IMG/VR virus record: IMGVR_UViG_3300049139_000039
Location: 1 to 48,630 of that record
From: a virus
Lineage: Duplodnaviria > Caudoviricetes
Length of the DNA: 48,630 nucleotides
Direction: 5' to 3' (one strand)
The notes below the pieces were generated by a model. The model searched no databases. It was not told where the DNA came from and saw only the letters and a program-made list of their open reading frames with translations. Below, piece after piece: positions 35,838 to 45,586 of the stretch; within the stretch, counting starts at the first letter, position 1; each line of letters opens with the position of its first letter. A program made the translations under genes and the position numbers.

Positions 35838-36413
35838 TCAGTTTCGGTTCGCGGGGAGCTTGAGATTCATGCGCTCGGCGTACGCCGCGAACTCGGCATC
35901 CTCGGAAGGGGCGGAGCCCGGTCGCGGGCCCTGGGACGGGTCCGGCGCCGGCGTGCGTGGTGCCGGAGGGGTGACCCCGGCGAGACGGGCGGCATAGCGC
36001 TGCGCCTGGATGGTCATCGACGCCTCGTCGGCACCGGTGAGGAACGTGTCGGCGTCCGACGGCTCCTCGTTCTCCCCGGGCTTGGTGTCGATTCCGTATG
36101 CAGCGGCCAGGCGGTAGCGCAGGGCCTCGGTGCGCGCCGTCGCGGCGGCCTCCGATGCGTCCTGTGCGGCCTTCTGTGCCTTCTCCAGCTCGGACAGGTT
36201 CGCCTCGGCGATCTTGTCCAGCTGCGCCTGCAGTGCGGCCTTGTCGCGCTCAGCGGTAGCGCGCAGTGCACGCTCCGACGCGAGGGCCTTCTCGCCGTTC
36301 GGTCCCAGAGGCGGGTCCTGCGGTGCAGGGTCGCCCTGCGGTGCCGGAGGTGCCTCGGGGGCTGGGGGTGCTACGACGGTGGCCGGGTCGGCCACCGGGG
36401 TGGGCTCCGTCAT
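35838..36413 (-). CDS. Scaffolding protein
   Basis: LG.NGEKAL..ER, LSELEKA, PAPDPSQG. Confidence 0.82.
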   Translation of the reverse strand: MTEPTPVADPATVVAPPAPEAPPAPQGDPAPQDPPLGPNGEKALASERALRATAERDKAALQAQLDKIAEANLSELEKAQKAAQDASEAAATARTEALRYRLAAAYGIDTKPGENEEPSDADTFLTGADEASMTIQAQRYAARLAGVTPPAPRTPAPDPSQGPRPGSAPSEDAEFAAYAERMNLKLPANRN

Positions 36414-36477
36414 TGCTGTTCTCCCCATCGCGGGTAGGTGACCCGAGCCGCGTCGCGCGGTCGGGAGTGTGTGGCGG

Positions 36478-37050
36478 CTACGCCGCTATGCGGTCGCTCT
36501 TCCGCGAGTTGCACACCGCGTGAGCGACCTGCGTGTTTCGGTACGAGTGCTCGCCTCCGCGCGCCAAGGGCACGACGTGGTCGAGAGTGAGGCTCATCCG
36601 GTGTGGCCAGTCGAGCGCCAGGTCGATCACCTCGGTACAGATCCCACAGAGGCCCTCGTCGCGTTCGAACACGACGGCGATGTCCACGTCTTCGACCCAG
36701 GCATCGAGCAGGCGGGCGCGGCGGCGGCGATTCTTCTCTGTCATCCGCGCCGCGTTCGCCTTGCGGTATTGGCGGTCGTACTCAGCGGTGTGCTCGGCAT
36801 TCCGCACGCGCCATACCGCCAGTAGCACGAGCCGCTTGGCGTGGGATTCAGGGTCGTCCCTCAGTCGCGCCAGGTACCGCCTGGATGCGGCCCTGCGGAT
36901 CGCCTCGAACTCCGGCTCGCCCTTGCGCTCCTTGTACTGGCGTCCGGCGCGTTCGCGGGCATCCAGTACCCGGCAGGGCTTGCACCGCTTCGCATCCCGT
37001 CGTGACGCCGCGAAAACACGGTCGCAGCGGGCGCACGTAAGATCGACCAT
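36478..37050 (-). CDS. Free-standing HNH endonuclease
   Basis: ERD...CGIC...LDHVVPLARGGEHSYRNTQVAH..CN..K. Confidence 0.9.
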   Translation of the reverse strand: MVDLTCARCDRVFAASRRDAKRCKPCRVLDARERAGRQYKERKGEPEFEAIRRAASRRYLARLRDDPESHAKRLVLLAVWRVRNAEHTAEYDRQYRKANAARMTEKNRRRRARLLDAWVEDVDIAVVFERDEGLCGICTEVIDLALDWPHRMSLTLDHVVPLARGGEHSYRNTQVAHAVCNSRKSDRIAA

Positions 37051-37111
37051 GTCGACTCCTCAACAGTCGGCCACGACCCCGGACGGTTGCACCCGTCGCG
37101 GGGTCATCTGC

Positions 37112-38170
37112 TTATCGGACGCGGGTGGCTACCCCGTCTCGGATGATGAACCCCGGCTGGGCGGGACGAATCCAGCCGTACTGCGTCAGGAGTTCGATGG
37201 CGTGCTCACGATCTCTCGCCCTCGCATACAAGGTCTCGGGCATGAGCCGGACATTCTTGGCCGACATGTATCGGTCGCCCACCTTGCGGCGAGCATCACC
37301 ACCGGTCACGCCAGCCGAGCGCATAGCCCGGTAGGCCAGTCCGCGACGCGTCGTCCCCTCGAGCGTGTACTTGATCCGCTCGTCGTAGATCTGCGCCGGC
37401 CGCACGCCGGAGCGGTAGGCGTTCACGATCTGGATCGGGTCGGCGCCGTCCTTGAACGCACGAGCGTTGGCCTTGGAGCCGAGCGCTTTGGCCAAGTCCC
37501 GGTCGTCGAGGCTGTTGAGGTAGCCCTCGACTCCCGTGGTGACGTCGTCGGCCGCATCCTCTGCGAGGGGAATGTTGCGGCAGTCGCAGCCCGGGTGGCG
37601 ACGGAACGCGGTGCGCGAGCTCGTCCACGACCCGGCCAGGATCACGCACCGGCCACAGGACGGCGGCGTGAGCATCCGCACGTAGCCAGTGACCTGCCGG
37701 GCGTGACCGGCCATCTTCTCGGCCGTGCGGCCCGTGTCCGACAGCGCCGTGCCGCCAGCCAAGGTGATGAACTGCCCTGCCGTGGAAAGCGCCTGAGCGG
37801 CCGTGGCGCCGAGTGCGACGGCCTCCTTCGCGTGGATCACGCCGCCGTACAGCAGGTCCTCCGTCGGGCGCCCGTCGCCTGCCGTGCCCGCCAGATCGGC
37901 CGGCTCGACGGCGTATGCCGGGTCGGCCAGGTTCTGACCGGTTTCGGCGAGCACGGCTGGCACGTAGGCCAGAGCACCCGCCGCGACACGCTCCTGCGCC
38001 GCATCGAGCACTCGCAGGAGCTGTGGGGCCACGGCCAGCCACGAGACGTCGAAGTCGTCGCCCATGCGCAGCCACAGCCGTCGAAGCGACTCCACCGCGG
38101 AGCCGATCTCCAAGCGCTGCGCAGCCGCGTAGGCCTCAGCTGACCGGGGCAGGCTCTGCAGGCTCGACAT
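37112..38170 (-). CDS. MuF-like minor capsid / head maturation protein
   Basis: After portal; GYVRML.PPSC.RC.ILAG...F.RHP.CDC; RLMPE. Confidence 0.75.
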   Translation of the reverse strand: MSSLQSLPRSAEAYAAAQRLEIGSAVESLRRLWLRMGDDFDVSWLAVAPQLLRVLDAAQERVAAGALAYVPAVLAETGQNLADPAYAVEPADLAGTAGDGRPTEDLLYGGVIHAKEAVALGATAAQALSTAGQFITLAGGTALSDTGRTAEKMAGHARQVTGYVRMLTPPSCGRCVILAGSWTSSRTAFRRHPGCDCRNIPLAEDAADDVTTGVEGYLNSLDDRDLAKALGSKANARAFKDGADPIQIVNAYRSGVRPAQIYDERIKYTLEGTTRRGLAYRAMRSAGVTGGDARRKVGDRYMSAKNVRLMPETLYARARDREHAIELLTQYGWIRPAQPGFIIRDGVATRVR

Positions 38171-39551
38171 CAGGCTCAGGCTTGGGCTCGGGGTCCTTCT
38201 CGCTCAGCCGAGCGAGGTACGGGTCCTCCATGGCCTCCCGGTCCATCTCCGCCATGCGGACGCGCTGCTCCGGCGTGTAGCCGAGGTCGATGCGTGCCTG
38301 CTCGAGCGGCACGATCGCTCGTCCGCCCTGGATCGGCGTGGCGAGCTTCACGATCGCGTCGGCCTTCTGAGCCAGTGTCGGGGTCGACGGGTCGCGCCAG
38401 ATGGTCTCCAGGGACCGCGCCTTCGGGTCCCACTCGCCGGTCTGGAAGCGGAGGATGAGCCGCTGGACCTGCTCCCACGAGCCGCCGAGGTAGGTCTGCT
38501 TCCGCTCGGCGCGCTTCACCAGCTGGGACTCGGACGAGCGGATCGCGTCGGCCGACGTCGGGTTCGCGTCGCCACCGGAGAACGCCGTGTAGTGCGGCGG
38601 GAGGCCCGAGAGCTGCGCCGTGAGCTGGCCGAGCAGCTTGATCGTGTTGTGGAAAACCGCCAGGTCGGTCTCGGTGAACTGCCCGAACTTCGCGGCGATG
38701 TTCTCCGTCGTCCAGAGCGTGCCGGCATCGCGCGACCAGGCGTTGAGCTGCGTGCCGTTCTCGTCGATGAAGTCCGATTCCTTGAGCCCGGAGGCCCAGC
38801 GCCGCGGCATCGCGTGGTACTCGCCGGACACCATCATGTCCGTGGCCATCTTGTTCGCCGCGTCCGCCAGCGGGACGATGTCGGTGAACTCGGAGCGGCC
38901 GTCCGGGCGCAGGATGCGCGGCTGGTTCACCAGCGGCACCACGGGCATGATTGACTTGTCGTAGTCGTTGGCCGGACCGGCCTCCCGCCAGCCCCGCGGG
39001 CCGTCGAAGATGTACTCGCAGCGGCGGCCCTCGGTGTACAGCATCGCGTGCTGCTCGAACGAGCCCCGCACGGTGATGTCGCCGACATCCCACCGCTTCA
39101 CGGCCTCGATCACGCGGCGAGTGCGCGGGTCGCGGCGGGCGAACACCTGCATAGGCGACTCGATCGTCACCACCGGGGCATCGTCGGTCGACTCGCCGGC
39201 GCCGACGAATACATAGGCGCGCGACAGGCCGATCGACTCGAAGTGGCCCTGCTGTGACTGCTCGTCCAGGTCGTTCGCCTGCCAGATCTCCCACAGCGCA
39301 TCGTCGCCCGACGAGTTCCCCGCATACCGGAAGCCCTCGACGTCCAGACGTTCCTCGAACGCGCTCGTCACCAGGCGCGGCCAGTTGATGATCAGGGCCG
39401 TGATGCGCTCCCCGAACTCCTCCTGCAGCGCCGGCGCGATGAACTTGATCGGCTGTTCGTTCTCCAGGTAGGCGTCGTACTTCGCCAGGTACGCCCGGGA
39501 GTGGTCCAGCGCCGTCAGCAGGTTCTTGAGGGTGTCGTCGAGCTCGGCCAC
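38136..39551 (-). CDS. Portal protein (SPP1 Gp6-like)
   Basis: INWPRLV...ERL.VEGF, WQANDLD, PVVPLVN, SADAIR, IWRDP.TPT.AQ.ADA. Confidence 0.92.
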   Translation of the reverse strand: MAELDDTLKNLLTALDHSRAYLAKYDAYLENEQPIKFIAPALQEEFGERITALIINWPRLVTSAFEERLDVEGFRYAGNSSGDDALWEIWQANDLDEQSQQGHFESIGLSRAYVFVGAGESTDDAPVVTIESPMQVFARRDPRTRRVIEAVKRWDVGDITVRGSFEQHAMLYTEGRRCEYIFDGPRGWREAGPANDYDKSIMPVVPLVNQPRILRPDGRSEFTDIVPLADAANKMATDMMVSGEYHAMPRRWASGLKESDFIDENGTQLNAWSRDAGTLWTTENIAAKFGQFTETDLAVFHNTIKLLGQLTAQLSGLPPHYTAFSGGDANPTSADAIRSSESQLVKRAERKQTYLGGSWEQVQRLILRFQTGEWDPKARSLETIWRDPSTPTLAQKADAIVKLATPIQGGRAIVPLEQARIDLGYTPEQRVRMAEMDREAMEDPYLARLSEKDPEPKPEPDVEPAEPAPVS

Positions 39552-39564
39552 AGAACACCCCCGT

Positions 39565-41211
39565 TCATCGTCGTGAGCGCACCACCACGGTGCGCTTCGT
39601 CTTGTCTTCCCAGCCCTCTGCGCGCTGGTCGGCGGCGGCCTCATGAGCGAGGACGTCGGCCATGATGAGGTCGATCTTCTGGTTCTCCGACGGCTTGCCG
39701 AGGATGTACCGGTCGCCAGGCTTCGCGATCTTCCGGGCCGCCATCGCGTGGAGCTTCATCGTCGCGTCGCCGTCGTGCATCGTGGACGCCTCAGCGGTGT
39801 CCTCGAGGAAACGAACTAGAGCGTCGTGCATGCGGGTGGCCTGGTTTGTGGGCCAGGTCACGACAACGTCGTCACCGTGGTCCGTAGCCCACTGGTCGGC
39901 CTGGGTCTCCCAGTGCCGCGGGTCCACGTAGAAGCGAGCCACCTCGACGTGTCGGAAGATCTCCGCGACGGCAGCGTTGACCTCGCCGCGGGGAATCCTG
40001 CCGCCCCACTCCGCCGGGTCCCAGAACGTCGGCCGCTTGTCCGGCCCGTAGGTCGGGGTGAAGCGGTAACCGTCCCGGGTCTCTGCCCGCAGCGCGGTCC
40101 AGTCACCCGAGCGGGAGCCGTCGAAGCCGAGGGACACAGGCGTGCCATCAGGCACCGTACGAACGGCACCGCGCAGCTTCGGCCAGTCGGTCGCATCCCA
40201 GAGCTTCTCCGGCATGTACGCGCCGAGACCCTGGACCAGCTTGTTCCCGAAGAACCGCTCGGCCTGGGTCGGGTCCGTCTCCAGGAGCTCCGCGGCCTCG
40301 GCCTCGATCGCGTCGAGATCGACCCAGGGAGAGCCCTCGTAGACGTACCGGTGGATGCGGGCACGCTCCCGCTTGTTGCGGTAGGACAGGTCCGCCGGCG
40401 GCTTCCGGTAGTACCGGAAGATGTCGGTCGAGCGGGACTGGTAGGTCTGCTGCGCACGCGAGTTCTCCATCGGGTCCCACGGGTTCGTGGTCTCGATGCC
40501 GCGGCCACCCATGCCGGCCGCGCCGCGTGCCATGGTCTGGGCGACCTTGAGCAGCTTGTTGCGCGGCGTGTAGAGCCCGGACTCGTCGTGCACGTAGAAG
40601 TTGATCGGGTTACCGAGCTTCGAGTTCGCCGCGGCCGTCACGGGGTCGATACGGCCATCCTCTGGCAGCCTGATGAAGTCCTCACGGACCAGCATCCGCT
40701 CCTGGAGCGGGCCACGGCGGATCATCGCCTGCAGGGGCCGATAGACGTTGTCCACCTGGTCCTCGGACGTGGCCAGGAGCTGGATCAACGACGTCGGCCT
40801 GTGCAGGCCCAGGGGCTCGTCCGGCTCGTAGACGTACTCGAACCCGCAGCCACAGTCATGGTCCTCGCAGCGGTAAACCTCACCGCCACGAGCCCACCCG
40901 CCGAACAGGCACGGACCAACAGCCTCGAACGTGGTCATCGCCGCCGACCAAGGCCCCTTGCCCGTCTTCTGCGGGCCGACGATCTGCGAACGGCGGTAGT
41001 GGAACGCCGGAGCCAGCAGCGGGCGAGCACGGTTGAACACGAGACCAGGACGGACCCGGTAGTGGTTCACCGTGCACCAGAGCTGCCAGCCCTCGAGCAC
41101 GAACGGGTCCCCGAGCCCGAAACCATCCGGGACGACGCAGTGCGCCTCTATCCAGTCAGCAGCGAGGAAGCCCAGGGTCGGAAAGCCGTCGTACTCGAAG
41201 TCACTGGCCAC
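39565..41211 (-). CDS. terL: Terminase large subunit
   Basis: GPQKTGKG Walker A, VHDE Walker B, LGFDGS and KID nuclease motifs. Confidence 0.93.
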   Translation of the reverse strand: MASDFEYDGFPTLGFLAADWIEAHCVVPDGFGLGDPFVLEGWQLWCTVNHYRVRPGLVFNRARPLLAPAFHYRRSQIVGPQKTGKGPWSAAMTTFEAVGPCLFGGWARGGEVYRCEDHDCGCGFEYVYEPDEPLGLHRPTSLIQLLATSEDQVDNVYRPLQAMIRRGPLQERMLVREDFIRLPEDGRIDPVTAAANSKLGNPINFYVHDESGLYTPRNKLLKVAQTMARGAAGMGGRGIETTNPWDPMENSRAQQTYQSRSTDIFRYYRKPPADLSYRNKRERARIHRYVYEGSPWVDLDAIEAEAAELLETDPTQAERFFGNKLVQGLGAYMPEKLWDATDWPKLRGAVRTVPDGTPVSLGFDGSRSGDWTALRAETRDGYRFTPTYGPDKRPTFWDPAEWGGRIPRGEVNAAVAEIFRHVEVARFYVDPRHWETQADQWATDHGDDVVVTWPTNQATRMHDALVRFLEDTAEASTMHDGDATMKLHAMAARKIAKPGDRYILGKPSENQKIDLIMADVLAHEAAADQRAEGWEDKTKRTVVVRSRR

Positions 41212-41755
41212 CAACGACCTTGAGCTTGGATCGTGAAGACGAGCGGGCTGGAGCCGGAGGTGCGCCGTCGGCGTGCTCGTCGCGCTTCTTGCCCACCTCG
41301 TCGGTGGCGATCGCCCAGCCGTTCTCCTTGAGGCCGGCCGGGGTGAGTCCCAGCTGGTCGCGGTAGCGGTGGAGCTGGGAGACCAGCGACGCGTTGGCGT
41401 CCGGCTCGCCCTCCACCACGGTCTTGAGGCGGCAGTACTCGGCGATCGTCGAGTGGCGCCATGACTCCATGGACCAGGCGCAGGCTTGCGGCGTAGTCCA
41501 GACCTCGCGCCACACCCTGAGCTCACGGGCCCGGTATGCGTCAGTGGCGTCGGGGTCGAGCACCTGGAAACGGCGCTTGTCCTCGTACTCCCACTTGTAC
41601 CGCAGCATCTTGGGGAGCGGGAACGTCGGCGCCTTGTCCTGGTAGCCCTCCGACGGCAGGGCGGTCAGCTTGAAGCCGCGCCGGTCGGAGCGCGCAGACT
41701 TCGGATCGGCCTGAGGGCCAGAGCGGTTACGGGCTCCTCCACGAGGCATGGTCAT
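41201..41755 (-). CDS. terS: Terminase small subunit
   Basis: PRGGARNRSGP...W.TPQA.AW...QLGLTPAG; upstream of TerL. Confidence 0.85.
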   Translation of the reverse strand: MTMPRGGARNRSGPQADPKSARSDRRGFKLTALPSEGYQDKAPTFPLPKMLRYKWEYEDKRRFQVLDPDATDAYRARELRVWREVWTTPQACAWSMESWRHSTIAEYCRLKTVVEGEPDANASLVSQLHRYRDQLGLTPAGLKENGWAIATDEVGKKRDEHADGAPPAPARSSSRSKLKVVGGQ

Positions 41756-41959
41756 CACTCCTCGTCGGCGTCGCGCCGACACAGGGACGGCTACCGCATC
41801 GCGCGGCAACCTATGGTCGAGACCGGCTTGGGCCGGAAAGTCTGAACTGTATTTTCGGAGGAGCGCCCTCCCCGGCGGCCTATTTTCTAGGGCCGGGGGA
41901 GGGTATAACCCCAGGTCAGAGCGTTGTGTGCTCCGCGCAACCATTCGCATCGTCGCAGG

Positions 41960-42325
41960 TCAGGGGCTTGACCCGTTCGTGGTCTGGGCGCCTCGTCGGC
42001 CACCATCGCTCGCATTGCAGGGCACACACTGCGGCCCGAGGTATCCACCGTGCACGTGGTCATGCCCGAGCTGCCACATGCGACCCGTGATCACGGTCGG
42101 GCATGTCGCACACACCACGTGCTCACCGTCATCGATGCGTCGTTGCCATGCTGCTCGTGCTCGCTGGTGTGCTGAGCCGTAGCCACGCTCGGTGCTGCTG
42201 CCTCGCCTCTGCTCGTACGCCGTGGCATGCCGAGGGCAGCGCCGCTCACCCTTGGTCAGGATGGTGGGGCAGGCGCGTGTCCTGCCGTCCACCTCGTCAC
42301 GTCCGGGGCAGCGTCGGCCGGCCAT
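41960..42325 (-). CDS. Packaging-associated HNH-like endonuclease
   Basis: RGYGSAHQR.R, CATC, LGHDH...GP.C..CN; directly upstream of TerS. Confidence 0.8.
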   Translation of the reverse strand: MAGRRCPGRDEVDGRTRACPTILTKGERRCPRHATAYEQRRGSSTERGYGSAHQRARAAWQRRIDDGEHVVCATCPTVITGRMWQLGHDHVHGGYLGPQCVPCNASDGGRRGAQTTNGSSP

Positions 42326-42340
42326 GCTCACCCCCGTGGA

Positions 42341-42646
42341 TCAGGGCAGCAGTGAGGCCCGGCTACCACGTGGGTCTCCGGGCCTTCCGCTGGATGTAGT
42401 CCAGACAATCACAGAGTAGTGATGCATCCATCCGGTTGCAACACGCCGCGCCGTACAGGCGCCTCGCTCACCCGAACGTGGGTCGGTGGTGCTGCATGCC
42501 CACCACAGGCGATGACGGGTCCACTCGTGGCCCTGTGCGTCACCGACGATGGTGCCGATGCGTGCCACCGCGAGGGTGGGCCAGATCTCGGTCTCGCCGG
42601 CCATCGGTTTGACGGCGTGGCCGACGCTCATCTCTGCAACGGTCAT
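42341..42646 (-). CDS. Hypothetical protein
   Basis: ATGA overlap with upstream gene; C-terminal part less convincing. Confidence 0.5.
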   Translation of the reverse strand: MTVAEMSVGHAVKPMAGETEIWPTLAVARIGTIVGDAQGHEWTRHRLWWACSTTDPRSGERGACTARRVATGWMHHYSVIVWTTSSGRPGDPRGSRASLLP

Positions 42647-42951
42647 GGCCGACCCGCCTTCCACTCAGCCTCGACCTCGCGCCACGGCCGCGTATCGATC
42701 CCGACGCCATGCAGCGCATCCTCGGTACCTGGCAGCATCATCCCGGTCACGCCAAGGTGCATCAGCGCCTCCAGCTTCTCGTCCGTGATGCCGCCGCACT
42801 GCGCGATGAGCACGGCCTGGTGCAGCGTGGCGAGGTACTGCTCGTCGCTGTCCGTGCAAAGCCGCAACCGGTCGAGCTCAGCATGCTCCTTGGCCGCGGT
42901 GTCGATGTACTGCAGCCCGAAGCTGGTCAGGATCTTCTCCAGGATGTTCAT
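42643..42951 (-). CDS. Hypothetical protein
   Basis: GGGAG SD, ATGA overlap. Confidence 0.7.
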   Translation of the reverse strand: MNILEKILTSFGLQYIDTAAKEHAELDRLRLCTDSDEQYLATLHQAVLIAQCGGITDEKLEALMHLGVTGMMLPGTEDALHGVGIDTRPWREVEAEWKAGRP

Positions 42952-43208
42952 GGCTTCTCCCCTGTGAGTGCGACGTGCAGGGCCGCGGCTACGTGCGTCT
43001 CGTGGTCGGTCCGCTCGCCGATCCATCCGCAGATGCACACAGCGCGTGACCACGACTTGCGTCCATCGAGGCGGTGCGCACGGAGCACGTTCGTGATCTC
43101 TTCGACATCCAGCACAGCGACGACGACTTCGTGCACGGCGCCGAGGCTGTGGCCGAACAGCAAGGCGGAGGCGCGTGCGACGGCGGGGGTCGGCTCGGTC
43201 GTGCTCAC
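42948..43208 (-). CDS. Hypothetical protein (CxCG...H..H motif)
   Basis: GTGA overlap. Confidence 0.65.
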   Translation of the reverse strand: MSTTEPTPAVARASALLFGHSLGAVHEVVVAVLDVEEITNVLRAHRLDGRKSWSRAVCICGWIGERTDHETHVAAALHVALTGEKP

Positions 43209-43618
43209 AGCAGCCACCTCCCGTTCACGACGTCGTCGACCACGGACTTGAGCGCCGCCACGTCCGGTCGGTCACCGGTTCGGGCCGACTCGCTCCAGGT
43301 CGAGGTGAACAGGTCCCGGCGCCGAGCCACCTCGGCCAGTGCCACCTCCTGCCGGTCGGGAGGCACGGACATCGCGAGCCGTGCGTAGGCCCGCTCGGCC
43401 TCCATCTGGTTGGTCATCTCCTGCGCGGCGACGTGGCCGAGTGCCGCCGTTGTCATCGCGGCGAGGTGCGGGGTCAGGTCGACCTTGGGGAACTGGCTGG
43501 CCTTGATCGTCTCGGCCAGCTTCGTCGCACCCTCCAGTGCTTCAGCACTGGTTGCCTGCATGGCCGAGACTGCCTCAGTGAACGCAGCAAGGTTGGGGAA
43601 CTCCTTGGGCTCGCTCAT
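43205..43618 (-). CDS. Hypothetical protein
   Basis: Coupled overlaps. Confidence 0.7.
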   Translation of the reverse strand: MSEPKEFPNLAAFTEAVSAMQATSAEALEGATKLAETIKASQFPKVDLTPHLAAMTTAALGHVAAQEMTNQMEAERAYARLAMSVPPDRQEVALAEVARRRDLFTSTWSESARTGDRPDVAALKSVVDDVVNGRWLL

Positions 43619-43878
43619 GCTCCCTCGCTCTCTCGACGGACGGTCTGCCGGTACCGGTCGCGCTGCTCGGTCGTGATCCGCTTATAGTCCAGGCGCGTGG
43701 CGACCTCGTCCCCGTTTGCCATCACCTTGCCCTCGGCGTCTCGCAGGACGACCTTGATCTTCGCCGTCTGCCCGACGATCGCCAAGTCCTCCGACACGTC
43801 GTTCGGGTCGTAGCCCAGCTCGGTCACCAGTTCGGCACCTGCCTTGCGGTGCGCCTCGCGGATCGTCTCGATGTTCAT
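43615..43878 (-). CDS. Hypothetical protein
   Basis: ATG at 43878 overlapping upstream stop. Confidence 0.7.
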   Translation of the reverse strand: MNIETIREAHRKAGAELVTELGYDPNDVSEDLAIVGQTAKIKVVLRDAEGKVMANGDEVATRLDYKRITTEQRDRYRQTVRRESEGA

Positions 43879-44723
43879 GCCGCACTCCCTTCCAGTCGGA
43901 CCCTCGTCGCGCGCTTGGCCGCGAGGGTGAAGGCGTCGCCGAACCGGTACAGCCCGGACGACGGTGTGACGAACGGGAAGCCCATCCACTCGGCCCACTC
44001 GACGTGCTCGAGCAGGCGCGGTGGCTGGTACCCGCGGGGCCGAGTCCAGGACTGGACCGTCGGGTACGGCGTCTCGGCGTTGACCGTCTTGAGCGCCGTG
44101 GTGATCCCGGAGACGGTCATCAGCACGTCCTCCAGCATCTCCAGGATGTACGCGTGCTGCTGCTCCCGGGTCACGAACCCCCCGCACTGCGCACACACGG
44201 CGGCGGCCTGATCATCCCCCATCCGCACCTCGCCCACACAGTCAGGCACGGGGCACGGGCCCAGCCAGCGGCCGTGAGCATCCGGGCCCAGCACGCGCTC
44301 TGCCCGACGGCGCAGGTCCGTCGTGTCGTCGTACCAGTCGAGTACCTCGTGGTCGGTCCAGAGCTCCTGGTCCCACCGCAGAGCCCCCTGTAGCCACCGC
44401 TTGACCTCGGTGTCCGCCTCGACGTTCGGCGTCCAGTCTCGGTCGAGCAGTTCCCGCAGCAGCTCGGTCAGCTTCCGCGCGATGTCCCCGCTCAGGTCGG
44501 GCATGTTGAGCGCTCCGGGCAGCGTGGGTGCGGTGGACCGGTGCACGGGCATCCCTGTGAGCGCCTTGCCCGCCCTGGCCTCCCGGGCGGCGACGTCGCG
44601 CTGATGGCCGGCGAGCCAGACGAGGTTCGCGCGGACGGCCAGGCGACGCAGGGTGCCGTGGTCGTCGGTGGCGGGCATCAGGGTGCGGATCTCCTCCTGG
44701 CGCCGCTCCTTGCGTCGAGACAT
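43875..44723 (-). CDS. Zn-finger plus HTH protein (possible late-gene regulator)
   Basis: GPCP..DC...CAQCG then TVQSW...YRFGD pattern. Confidence 0.6.
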   Translation of the reverse strand: MSRRKERRQEEIRTLMPATDDHGTLRRLAVRANLVWLAGHQRDVAAREARAGKALTGMPVHRSTAPTLPGALNMPDLSGDIARKLTELLRELLDRDWTPNVEADTEVKRWLQGALRWDQELWTDHEVLDWYDDTTDLRRRAERVLGPDAHGRWLGPCPVPDCVGEVRMGDDQAAAVCAQCGGFVTREQQHAYILEMLEDVLMTVSGITTALKTVNAETPYPTVQSWTRPRGYQPPRLLEHVEWAEWMGFPFVTPSSGLYRFGDAFTLAAKRATRVRLEGSAA

Positions 44724-45152
44724 TCAGGCCTCCTCGTCGATGTGCTTGCCCTGGAACGGCTCGCAGCGCTTGTGCGGCGCGAGGCACCGTAGGTACCAGG
44801 TCGTGGAGGTGCTGGTGGTTTGGACGGCGTCGATGCGGTGGCCGGACACGAGGAGGGCTGGGTCGGAGGTGCTGTACCCCGGGCCGTAGCCGTCGCGCTG
44901 GAGGTCGACCGGACCTCGCAGCAGCCCGACCTCGGCGAGCATGGCGGCCTGGTGGGCGGCAAACCGAGCGCGCATCGCGGGGGCCGTCCAGCCCTCGTGC
45001 TCCTCGTCGCGCCAGATCTCGGCCGGGCATCCGCGGCATCCGTACACGGTCACATCACTGGTGCGCACCCTCTCGCCGGTGACGCCCCAGCCGTGGTGCT
45101 CTATCAGCACCCGCGCCACCGCGCCCGTCGCGTCGGTCTCGTCGCTCATCAC
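44724..45152 (-). CDS. Hypothetical protein
   Basis: Coupled overlaps. Confidence 0.65.
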   Translation of the reverse strand: MMSDETDATGAVARVLIEHHGWGVTGERVRTSDVTVYGCRGCPAEIWRDEEHEGWTAPAMRARFAAHQAAMLAEVGLLRGPVDLQRDGYGPGYSTSDPALLVSGHRIDAVQTTSTSTTWYLRCLAPHKRCEPFQGKHIDEEA

Positions 45153-45346
45153 TCGTCCTCACATCCGCAGGGCTGGGTCAGTTGGCACGACGGGCAGATG
45201 ACGAGGGCCTTCTCGGTCTCGGTCTGCGTGTCGTCGCAGTCGGCGTGCACGACGCTGGTGCCGCCGTAGGTCACGAGGTCGCCTTCGTGGATCCGCTCGT
45301 CGCACCCAGCGCACCGGGACGAGTAGCGGGCAGTGAACGTGCTCAC
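45149..45346 (-). CDS. Small zinc-binding protein
   Basis: AAGGAGG SD before GTG; ARY..RCAGC..I..GD...H.DC...CPSC...CGC. Confidence 0.7.
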   Translation of the reverse strand: MSTFTARYSSRCAGCDERIHEGDLVTYGGTSVVHADCDDTQTETEKALVICPSCQLTQPCGCEDE

Positions 45347-45586
45347 GCGTCCTCCTTCGGTGCGCTGTGACGCGCCTTCCATGCGGCACGGTCGGCCTCC
45401 CACTCGGCGTGGGGCTGCATCGCTCTCGGCGCTGATCTGGTTGAGCTCGGCCCGCCACACCTTGCGCCGCTTGTGCTCACGAATCTCGGCGACGATGAGG
45501 AAGGGCGTGCCGATCGCGAACCCGATCAGCAGACCGAGCGCCACCGGAGCCTCGGCCAGCCCCTCTCGCAGGAACTCGACCATCAC
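45343..45586 (-). pseudogene. Small membrane protein with an apparent one-base frameshift at 45411-45414
   Basis: TM N-terminus; removing one C gives a natural C-terminus HAEWEADRAAWKARHSAPKEDA whose stop overlaps the next GTG. Confidence 0.5.
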
